Assembly (NCBI GenBank): GCA_973851085.1
Contig: OZ316775.1
Location: forward strand, 22,630,001 to 22,694,000
Source: Ptychomitrium polyphyllum
Lineage: Eukaryota
Direction of reading: 5' to 3'
DNA: 64,000 bases
The notes beneath the pieces are model-generated. The model was not told the DNA's origin, searched no databases, and worked only from the letters and a program-made list of their open reading frames with translations. This document shows positions 11,733-23,097 of the stretch, piece by piece. The position numbers and the translations under genes are program-made. Numbering within the stretch: the first letter of the stretch is position 1; every line of letters starts with the position of its first letter.

Positions 11733-12817
11733 ACCTCCAGCAAACCCCAAAATTTCCTCCTACTCGCTAAACCCTCCAAAGCACGACATAATGACAAAAT
11801 AAACAACCACAGGCACAAGGCCAATCTATCTGAATCCCCTCCAGTTCCGTCTGCCACACTTTTCAACAATTTCCCAAATTTGTGATCCAAACATGCATTC
11901 TGTGGTAGACTAGCTCTAAAGATCTGCACAAGATTGAGGAGCCCAGACTCAAGTTAGGTTCTAGAAGTCTCGAAGGGACCCTTAAACCCTATCCTGTAAA
12001 GCTCCGGCAAGTTGTACATAGTGGCACTCTGCTGGCCTCATGATAAATGCGGAAAGCAGGCTCTAGAACGATACATTTTCGTAGGCCGAGAGTGTAAGAG
12101 TCAGTTCTGATTCTTGTTTTAGATGGCAAATTATCAGCAAGTTGTCAAGTTTGAGGTTTATCTTTCGTACTTTGCAATGTGATCACTTGTTCTTTCCGTC
12201 ATACTCAGGTTGCAGCATACCGGTAGTAAAGAGCAGTTTCTTTGAAAAATAAAAACTCATTCGATCTGCCATTGACAAAAGTTCCGGTAAACAGATATTG
12301 AGGAGTTTGAAAGGTGATGCAGAGTTTAAAGAGTGGTGAAGGTTGTCAAAAGTGTAGAATTTAGCATGATGAGTTAGCTGAACTTCTTGAAAAAGATTAC
12401 AAAAGAACACTCGCACAACAGTACGGTGGAGTGTGCAGACAACCTCGAGCAGTCTCTCCATGTAAAAAGAAACATCCAACTAAAAAATCTACTGACAAAT
12501 CAATTGATCGTCTCTCTTGAAAATAATCATTTCTGATTCCGAAAGCAACGGTCATTCACAAGAGTGTTTCAAAGATCAATTCAATGACGAAAGGAGACAT
12601 CAAATGAGACACAGATTTGTAATTGAACTTCTGCCGAGCCGTATCAACAATCTAAGTTCACAACACCGTTCTCATCGCATGCTAAAGATTCTATGACGAT
12701 ATTAAAAAGCAATGTAAGGTCGACAAATTGATACAAGAATCCCCCTTCTGCGGTCCAGATTGTTTGCACTGTACATTAATCCGTAGTGCTAGCTTGGGAG
12801 CATCATTGGTGTCATGC

Positions 12818-14373
12818 CTACACTTTAATAGGTTGCCCATAATGTTCGGCAAATCGTGTCTTAAGCTCCTCTAGCTTAGCCCCAGTATGAGAGTGCACCT
12901 GTTCACCATTTTTATAGAACCTAAAGTTGGGCACAGCTCGCACTCCCCACTTTCGCATCAGAGTCTGCACCCCACCCACTCCAAATATGAAAATAGTGCT
13001 TCCAGTAATCACAATAGCAAGGAAAAGTAAACTCGGAACAATAGAATGTGTATTAGGTCTATAAAAGATTAATCGACCTGTCTACTCAGCATAGAATTGA
13101 TAAATTCAAGATTCAGTGCACGAGTAAAAATTTAGCTTCCCTGCAGCGACAAATGTGCAAATAATAAAGGATTGCAAAGACTTGCCCGACTGTCATTGTT
13201 GGTATCGCCATTGATCTTTAAGAAAACTGCATCAGGGTACTGTAGGCTCATCTCTACCAACTTGGGGAAGATCATTTTGCAAGGCCCGCACGTAGTTGTG
13301 GAGATATCGACGACGACCTGCACATGCCATGGCACCTTCCATTTCAGAAAAAAACTACATTACAGATTATCACAACATCCATTTCTGAGCATTCAAAGCA
13401 CCACAACCTGTTCCATACTATCTCGGCAGTTTATCATATTCCACATACTACACCAAAGAAGAGAAAATGTAAGCGATTATCTCTCAGTTCAAAAGTACTT
13501 TTCCTTTGTCAAAGTCAAAATAGGAAATCTTTTCCAAAACCAGAAATAATTTGGCAACAGAACTGAATAGAAGACTATGATCTCTCATAGAGAAATAAAC
13601 CCTAAGAAGTAACACACCGCTAACCCAACGCAATTCCTGAAACAGAATTTCCAATAACTCCGAACCGTTCACCATTTTCCAATAGCCCATGTAGAAAAAC
13701 AATTAAGCATCATGGCAAAAAAAACCAACCAATTTATCTCCAGCCTCGCCGAGAATTGTGTTGAACTCCTCCTCTACAACAATCATAATTCATACAAAAA
13801 CACCGAAAAATTAGGTTTTCCAGGAAAATCAAACCAAACCTGACTTATCACCAACAAGTTTGTCGTCCAAGCTTCAACTCAAAGTCAAACAGAAACAAAT
13901 CCAATCCGGCTGAGGTGAATCAGAAAATTATGTTCTTTTCTTCTAAAGTCCATTAGGATATACCATCTTTGAGCTGCTAATGCATTTAATCCCACTCTTA
14001 CAACAAGCCTTCCTCGCTACTCTCTTCAAAAGTTAAAACTACCTATGTCTCTCCCCTAGGGAGCAAAAACACGAGAAGGACATGATTGCCAACAAGGTGC
14101 ACGTGTACCAGTCCGAAACTCCACCACACTGCCGTTGGAATCCCCCAACGGACTCACGGAGCTCCTGCACACCAAAGACGCTCCTGCAGCTCCGCGTCCT
14201 CCACGAAATCTCCCGTCCGCCACCATCAACCCAGCACTCCGAACCCGCCGACTCCCCACCATGCTCCGCGACAAGGCTGCACCTTGGGCACCATGGGACC
14301 CCACATGCACACCACGCAACGACGCCATGGCGCCAGGCCGGGTGGCCATTCTCTCCATCGCCAAAGTCGCCAT
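12818..14373 (-). CDS. Plastid thioredoxin, f-like, with atypical TCGPC active site (195 aa); exons 14373-14109, 13773-13730, 13317-13186, 12964-12818
   Basis: Transit-peptide-like exon 1. The spliced Trx fold reads [35 protein letters not shown]...AVFLKINGD...WGVRAVPNFRFYKNGEQVHSHTGAK. Total 588 nt in frame if intron 3 uses the GC donor CGG|GCAAGT. Confidence 0.88.
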
Positions 14374-15732
14374 GTCTGGTATGGCGTTGCCAACTTCAGT
14401 CCCCAAAAACTAAGAAACGTAAGAGTCCACAAACGGCAGCTGAGTGCGCTTCGAACGCTGCTCAGGCTGCTCAGAGCTAGAACAGCAGTTGCGAGAAGCT
14501 AGAGACGGAATCTCTGTGCACGAGGTTAACCGAAAAAATACACCACCATGAGGACTGCGACGAGGCTGGTAGGAGCGTCCGTTGGCCTCCTGCGCATTGT
14601 GATCCCGGCATTGTAGCGCTCGCTTCTCTCCTCTATCGTATCTGCGCAACGCTTGCTGGCTGCCCGCGTCTCACGGGCAGGTCCAGGGTGCAGGTGCTCT
14701 AGCTTTACCTTTTTCTTTTTACATCCTTTTAGAGGTACTTTACTTGTAACCTCATCCTGTTTGCTTCCCACTGTGGACCACTCCAGGATTTTCCTTCCTT
14801 CACGTTTGTGTGCCAGGCAAGTGGGTGCTTTGTTGGTCTTGACTATGTGCTCCAGTCATAGACGGCATTGCCGTGAAAGCAAGATTTGGTGAGGGTTTTG
14901 TTGGGAGCAAGGGCGAATTCACAACTGACTTTCGGGTTTGTTTGGTATTTTGCTTTCTGGGTCGAAACATGGCCGTAGGTTTAGACTCCATGGCATTCGT
15001 ATGATGGATTTTCATGCTCATCCATTGGACTTTTCAATGTAGTGGGACAATATGGATTTTATGAAGTTAGTGTTATCCATTCATTGATTATATTTAAGAG
15101 TTTTTTGGAATGTTTATTTTCAAAATAATGTCACCACAATTATCAACATCAAAATTTGAGTTTTTTGCAAATTCATTCATTTTCTTCCAAAGATTCAGCA
15201 AAGATCTTACTTCTTTCTTCATTTCATTTGTGTTCATAATTACAACATACATTGCAATTCAAGAATGTTAAACCTACATCACTAAGGCACATGTATGCAT
15301 ATGAAAAATTCTGATTAAATTGTTTAGCTTTAGAATTTGAAAGAAGGTACTTGCAAAAAAGATTAATTTTCAAATAGTTCTAATTTATAGCATTAAGCTC
15401 ATGTACCAAATTCTACTACAGCAAGAAGGTATGAGCACAACAACTGCATTTTAAAAGAAAATAAGAAGGTAATAAAGGTAGTCTGAAAATAAAACTTTTG
15501 ATGGAAACTGAAAATTGAAAATTGAAAGAAACTTTTCACGAAAATTAAACTACAAATGTTTACACTTTTCACAAACTATTGGATACTTTTGAAGGAAGTT
15601 TTAAAGGAATGAATGTAATATACATTATAATTAAATTTAGCAGGTAATAAAAAAAAAATCCATCGATGTCATTGCACACTACAAACATACACAAATGTAA
15701 ATTTCTGATTTTTATGCTTTGTGTCTGTGGAA

Positions 15733-17274
15733 TCACCTAAATGATTCGTTAAGAGGCTCAAGAGGGTCCGGAGCAGGAGGGATGCCATCCTTAGCAAGTA
15801 CATCAGCATATTCATCAAAGTACACCACCTTGGTATCAAAATCCTGGGCAGCTCTCAACATTTTACTACCCTCATCCATAGTGAGTCTATCGCCCCTTGT
15901 ACAAAATAGTTCCTGCATCCGAATGATTCACTCCAATTTGAAGCTGAGTTATTCAAAGGATCTTGCACTCTGCAATCTCTTCATTTGAATTGACATAGCT
16001 CTTATACTTCTGAAGCTTTTATACATTAAGGCTACATGAATATCTATCGTTTCTTTTCCTTAATATGGGCTTTATAAATCTATACCATTGATGTATTTAA
16101 TATGCAAACATAACCCAACATCAAAAAGAAGGAAATATAATCATGACACCTTCACTTCATTCCCTGTTGCTGTTTCTTTCCCTTTAAAAATTGCCTGTAC
16201 ATAAGAAATTATGCAAATTGTAACATTCAATGAGTATTTATGTTTGCTCTTCAAAATTATTGTACAAGATTCTAAATAACACACAATACTTTGAAATCAC
16301 ATTACCAATTCACTAATATTTGGACTCACATTTAAGGCTTCAAGAATTTTTTCTTTTGGTAACCTATTAAAACAATCAGGGTTGTTGAAAATCATAGCAG
16401 AAACTCGTTGTTCAAAATTATAATACTCAAAGTAACCTCTTGGGGTTTGAGTCTTTTCTTTTGCTTTACACTACAAAATCATTTAAGCCACTTGTATAAA
16501 TTGTACATTAAGCTGTATAGTAAAAATTAAGAAATCTAAACAAAGCATTGTTTTTATTCAATCTATTTTAGAAAATGCTGAGTTCTTTTCATTAACATTG
16601 AATTCCTTGCAAGATCTATTTTTTAACTTTAAGACCTAAATTTTACAAACATTGAAACTTATTTTTTAACTTTGAGACCTAAGTTTTACAAACATTGAAC
16701 CTTATATACTAAGAGATCTTTACTTCGGCATGTATTTCTTGAATTTGCACCTCTGTTGGATTTATACATGCACAACGCATAATTGTTCCTACAGTGCTAT
16801 TACAAAAGATCATATTTTAAAACTAAATTATTCAATAAAAAATGATCTCATAATTACCAATTAAGTATCTAATGAATTGCTAAATTTTAAATGTTATTGT
16901 AAATACTTAATCTTCATCAATATCATATTTTTCATCACATGTGTAATACATCATGTATTCTTGGAAAATTGAAATAAATGCTTGTTTTAAATACTATATA
17001 TATATTTTTTATTTTATTTTTATTTTTAAATTTTGTTATTATAAGCATCACATTCTTGCTCTAAATGAATTTTTTTATAAAAAGAAAACTTGAATGCAAC
17101 CTTTATAAAGAGGAGACTTGCTTACTTATCTGGTATTTGAGTCTTATGGCCTCCTTTTCGAAGAAAAAATGGATATGCTGCTTTCATCTTGTCTCCAATT
17201 ACAGGAGGGACAGGATAAATAAGTGCTACTTCCTCTACTTCTTCTTCTATAGGTTGACTTTCTTCTTCCGCCAT
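15733..17274 (-). CDS. DRC8: EFCAB2/DRC8-like degenerate EF-hand protein (195 aa), probable flagellar dynein regulatory complex subunit; exons 17274-17126, 16796-16724, 16470-16330, 16194-16150, 15912-15733
   Basis: Five GT-AG-bounded exons splice into a 588-nt open frame: MAEEESQP...TVGTIMRCACINPTEVQIQEIHAE...GYFEYYNFEQ...EKILEALNAIF...ELFCTRGDRLTMDEGSKMLRAAQDFDTKVVYFDEYADVL. This resembles the calmodulin-like EFCAB2 pattern (IGTIIRSLGCCPTE...GEPFSQEEMEEMLSAAID). Orthology is by recall only. Confidence 0.72.
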
Positions 17275-20200
17275 AAAAATCACTAGACAAATCTAGCAGG
17301 AGTAGGATTAAATTATGCCATTGTACATTCTTCTTTGAAACTGTGCCACTATACATTCTTCTTTGTGTACATTTTTGATATAGTTGCCAATTAATTCTAC
17401 AAATTTTTAACTTTAGAAGACCAATATAACCAATTTTTATGCAACGTCAATATGATCATTCAATATTTTATCTTCTAAAAAGTTGACCTTAACATCTAAA
17501 TAGACAATTAATATTAAAGTTATGATAAATTTCAAAATTGAATATAATAAAGTAATTAAATTCTTTTCATACATATAAATCTATCAAATACATCATTCAT
17601 ATTAATGGCTATTTAAAAAAAAATCATGTCTTCTAAATGAATCCAATATTTTCAATTCTAACTAAATTATATGTTGTTTTATTAACAATCCAAAATCATT
17701 AATTTTCAAGAACTCCACAATTTTTGTTCATGTTATCATTCAAATTTTTTTAAATAAAAAAATAAATATTTTTTATTCAATTTACATAATCATATAAAAA
17801 ATAATCAAGTGTGTTAATTGTAGTAAAATTTATGCAATTAGTTTTGAAGAAAAAGTCATTTATATAATTGCAATAGTAGGTTAAATGTATAATTTTATGA
17901 AAATGTCAAAAACAATGTAATGAAGTAATATTGCTAATAAACATTCATATAGTGTGAAAAATTGTGCAATAAATTGTATAAAATCATGGAAGTTCAAATT
18001 AATTAAGAAGATATTGTAAAAAATAATTTTATTTAAATAAATATCAAAAAATTACAAAATATCAATATAGAATTTAAATATGCTAGAAGTACAAAAACTT
18101 TTTAGCTAATTCTTAATGGTACAAACTATGTGGCTTGTTGTCAAAAATCTTTTTCTTATTCAAATGCTCACCAATACCAAATCCTTTTAAATTTTCCTTC
18201 TATTTAATTTCTCATTTAAAATTTTTTTATCTATAATTCATAATTGATCCATTAAAAGCCGCTATCCGTTTGAATTAATAAGAAATTGTCACACACTTTG
18301 TTCAATGAAAAGCTTCCACATTGTTGCTTGCTAACATTTAATTTAAGTTTATTGGAATCCGAACAACCAAGTCTTTTTAGTTATAAACCTAATGACCAAT
18401 TATATATTAAAATAACTAAAGTATTAAAATAATACCATATCAATACCAATCTAATTGCATATTAGAATAAAAATAAAGACATACAAATTCCTACAATTTA
18501 ACCATCAAATGGCCTGCAAAGTCAGCATTAAACAACATTCAACCATGCTTGTTGGTAAACTATTGATAATTAAAGTTGTGGTGGTCTAGGTTGTGGTGGT
18601 CTAGCTTGCAATTTGCTTATGCTAAATAGTGATGTTAGAAAGTTTGATGTATAAATTATTAAGTTTATAGAAAATAGTGATATGTAAGATGTTTATTTGT
18701 ATTACAAAAATTAAATAAGTTTACACAAAAATCTAAAAAATAGGTTTAAATGCTATAAAAGATTGAATTCTTAATTAAGAAGTGTAAAATTTTATTGGTA
18801 GATAACCTTTCATTTATGAGTGTATATATGTACATTAGCAAGCCGCTAAGGGCAATCATAAAGGCAATAATGATTTACTAGTTGATTACCAAAATTCAAG
18901 CAAATTTTTTTTATTGCTTAAGATTTCCATAATTTGGATGGATGGAAGTTAATTCCAAGCATGTATATATTTAGCTTAATAAAAATAGAAGTTATGTTTG
19001 TCATATGAGCTGCAAAAGTCAAAGTTGTTAAATACAACATTTATTTTGAAATTGAATTTTGGATAAGGCCTATCTTTTTTTAATCCAAAACATAAATAGG
19101 ACTCATCATTGTTTTAAAGGATTGTGTCTTCCAAATGACTATTAGACCATGCTTTAGTAATGTTGCAAATATGTTTTTTTTTCAAATGAAATGTAGGCAA
19201 AATCCTTCTATAAATAATGCTTGTGTTGGAAGCCAAAAGCAATGATCTTTGCAAGAACGTGGTACCAATATTTAACATAATGTTCTATGTGCTCAGCATA
19301 TTTAGAATTTGATGCATGCTAGACTATTAAAATTTATTGTATAAAAAGATTCCATTCTTGATGAAACCTTGTTTTTTGGAGCAATTTCTAATCCAAAAAA
19401 CTTCCTTTTCAACATTCTTATTTTTAATATCAATTTTGGTATTCTTCCAATGGCTTAAATTTTATAAGTTTGGAATCAATATCAAAGGTAAAAGAATAAA
19501 AAATAACATTCTTATTTGTCTTCCACATTTAAATGGCATTGCCAAAAGAAAGCCAAGATTTGTTAGTCAATCACCACTTATACCACATGATTGACAACTA
19601 TTACTAATACAAATTTGAATGTGGACATAATATAGAATTTAATAATGGATATGTCATTCTTGTGGTAAAAATATTTTATGCAAGATTTGAAGTCAACAAT
19701 TCCTATACAAATTTAGAAACATAATCTATATTTGTTAGACTTTTAAGAAAACCTTCATGAGACATTTGTATTCTTTTTTTTAAGTAGCTTTTATATGTAA
19801 CTAAAATATGCATCAATATCCATGTTTGTATGTTAGAAAATAAAAAAATCTAAGGCTTATTTCATTGAAGATGTATTTTTGAACAAGCAAAGAATAGAAG
19901 GCCATCATAAACTTACTTTTGTGTCCTCGGTTAGGTGTTTAATTACAAAATTAGCCTTCCTGGTAGAAGAACATATTCAGAGCTGAATCCACTTTCTGCA
20001 TTGCCCAGAGGCTCTACAATAGAAATGAGGGCCTAAAACTGAACACATATAAAAATAAAAAAACAAAAAAAATAAAAAATAAAAAATAAAAAATATTTAT
20101 GTCAGTTATATAAACTATAAAAGAGAACATGAAAAGGGGAAGGGAACAATAACAAGAAAACTCACACAATAGATGCAAAATGATGTTCTCATTCACCCTT

Positions 20201-20629
20201 AAAGCACTTAACTTAATTCTCATCTGACATTAATATCTTCCCCCTGGATAACAGCGAACAACTTATGCTCCGACACATAGCTATTCACTGTATGGCAGCT
20301 CTGTGACTTGCAAGTACAGTGCGCGCTCTCTGGGCCACCTGGGTCGCCTGCAAGTGGTACAAGTCAAAAATCAACCACACGACACTCGTTTGCCTGATCC
20401 TCGGATTGCAATCACAACTAGAGTTGGGAGTCTTAACTTGTGTTTTAGATACAGCTTCGACGTTATGTGCACGATCAGAGCGGTTATCTGAATGGGAATC
20501 GTCGCCGCAAAACCAGGTGTGACTAGTTGAAGCTCGAAAGGCCGGGTCTGGTTCTCACCCAATTACTGCTTGAAGGGTTCAAGGGGGTGTGACTGATAGA
20601 GCCGCTTGAATCAATAGCTATTTGGGAGC

Positions 20630-23097
20630 ATGGGCAAATGGATTGCGCATGTGGTGCTGGTGCCGGGCTTTTCACCTGGCCATGCGGTCCCCTTCTACGA
20701 TCTGGCGCTTCGGATAGCTGCATCGGGGAGTTTCAAGGTCACGATTCTGACAATTGGGTACCAGGTGCCTAAGGTGTGGGGCGATGCTATCTATGGGCGC
20801 TCGGCGCCGAGGTTGCGAGCTGCGCATCCCAACATTGAGCTTGTGCCGGTGATGGATGGCATGTATAATGGCACCGTGGAGGGGTTTTATACCTGCATCC
20901 AGCAGTCCTCAGAAGAGAGACTCATCGCTGCGTTTGCCAGTGATTTGGCTCCCATTATGGCCAGTACCAGTATTCCTCCTCCATGCTGCATCATCTCGGA
21001 CATGCTTGTGGGATGGACACAAGGCTTGGCTGCAAAATTCGACATTCCTCGCTATGTGATGCACATCCAGCCGGCCGGCAATGTCTCGGTTATGCTTCAC
21101 GTAAAGCCTCCCTCATACTCCTATATGTCATTTATGCTCACTCTACTAAGTCTAGCCGATTCTAGAACAAGTTTCTAACGACATTCTCTGTAACTTGTTG
21201 GTACAGCACTTCTTTTCAAGAATGTACAAATAGTGTACAATCGTTATAATGTTTGTCCAACACATTTTTCTCTGTAACTTGTTTTTACAAACAGTTTCAA
21301 GTCGGTTAACAACTGTTGTGACATGATTGGAACATAAATTGTGGCCAATACAGAGCAGCTTGTGGGGCCATAGAAAATGTTGAGCAACTCTGGAAATTCT
21401 GTTGATGACACTACAGAATTGACTATATGGTCACAGGTACCGACTTTAATAGCAGAGGGTAGGTTGCCCCTCACGGAGGTTAACAAAACGGAGCCGATTG
21501 AGATTCCAGGATTAAGATTGCCAGTGCACCCTGCTGATCTACCGACCGACTTAAACGATGCGGTGGCCATCAAACGGGGCGCTTACGACCTTTTCCTTCG
21601 CATGGCCAGAAGAGCTCGTGAGGCCCCCATCGTTCTTGTCAACACGTTCCGTGAGCTTGAAGAGGATGCCTTGGCGGCCTTGGATGAGCTTCATTCTCGA
21701 GCTGCTACAGACCACCAGCAGGTGAGTAATTTATTCCTGCGTACTGCTGAATCACTAGTTGTTCCAGTTCTGATTCAACGACAATTCATCAGTTGGTCTC
21801 ATAAGTCAAGACGAAGGAGCAACTGCTTGAGGGAAATAAATTACTGAGAGGTTGAATTATGTTATGTCAGGCTTTTCCCGAAGTCATCCCAATCGGGCCT
21901 CTGCTTCTGCCATCTGACTTCCCTTCGCTGAATAGTCCAGCGATTGAAGATTATGAAAGTGAAGAGAGTGCTAGTCTAATGAAGTGGCTGGACATGCACC
22001 CGCCTCGCTCGGTGCTGTACGTTGCATTTGGAACTCTTGTCAACAATGTCCGACAGGAGACGGAGGAGATCGCCCACGGTCTAGAAGCAAGCGAGCAAAC
22101 CTTTCTCTGGTCTGCAGGGAGTTTGATGAAAAGACCGAATGCACCGCAACCACCAGCTCTAGCCGAGTTGCTTCCTCCAGGTCAGGATCCAGTACTCTCA
22201 TCGATTGATTGATGCCCATGGCGGTTGGACCATAGCTGAGAGTTATGACGAATTTAACTGCATTGGGACAGAGTAACATGATGATACAAATAGAGCTTTG
22301 AGTGTGGTGATGACGTTTAAACATAGTTGATTATTTACTTGGAGAATTTGCATTTGCTAACGCCTGATTGAAAAAATTTCTAAGTGAAGCTAATAAACCC
22401 GGAGCACGAAGAAACGAGATCATTTAAGATTGAAGAATTTGGTATCTAAAGTTTCTCGGCGTTCATCTCTTGGGGTTAACCATTTACAGAAGTCGGCCTC
22501 TTTGAATCACAAGTAGTTGCAATGAAATCATCAATGTTTGTACTCACTGGTGGTAGGATTCGAGGAACGCACAAGGGAGAGGGGCAAGATCGTTACATTT
22601 GTTGTGCCGCAGCTCCGCGTCTTGAGACACCCAGCTTGTGGTGCATTCCTGAACCACTGTGGTTGGAACACAGTGCTGGAGAGTCTTTCGGGTGGGGTGC
22701 CGCTCATCGCTTGGCCACGCCAGTTTGAGCAGAGGATGACAGCCAGGTAATAGACCCACTTTCACTCATCCTGCAAACAATCTGTTTACTCTTGTAGCAA
22801 CGGAAGGGCATTGGAAGTCTGGCCTGATAAACCTATGTGCAATGAACTCTGGCAAACAGATACCTGGTCGACGTAGCCAAAGTCGCTGCGGAGCTTGTGG
22901 ACGGCAGGACGGGGTTCGTGGGAAGAGGCGAGATAGAGAGGGTGGTGAGGCTGGTGATGCAGCAGGAGGAAGGGGAAGGGTTGAGGTCTAGAGCTTTGGA
23001 GCTAAAGCAAATAATTGCCACACGCTATGCACACACCAATCCTAATTTGGACATCTTCCTCGCAGGATTAATCACGCAGTCTAGCAACGGAAGGTAG
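20630..23097 (+). CDS. Family 1 UDP-glycosyltransferase; exons 20630-21100, 21437-21721, 21871-22180, 22557-22746, 22860-23097
   Basis: N-terminal HVVLVP..PGHAVPF with catalytic His, [16 protein letters not shown] and PSPG box [47 protein letters not shown] introns with consistent phases. Confidence 0.93.

Noticed and set aside
10299..11802. Long plus-strand ORFs opposite WTF1 (similarly opposite GT47 at 25948-26580 and the P450)
   Set aside because: Antisense frames of GC-rich coding sequence with no recognisable motifs.
16617..16704. 43-bp tandem duplication in an intron, and similar short duplications near 18576, 27752 and 39209
   Set aside because: Ordinary two-copy slippage duplications with no further structure.
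18835..18885. Possible Helitron 3' end (GC-richer patch followed by CTAGT)
   Set aside because: The hairpin is weak, and no 5' TC end or Rep/helicase remnant could be identified.
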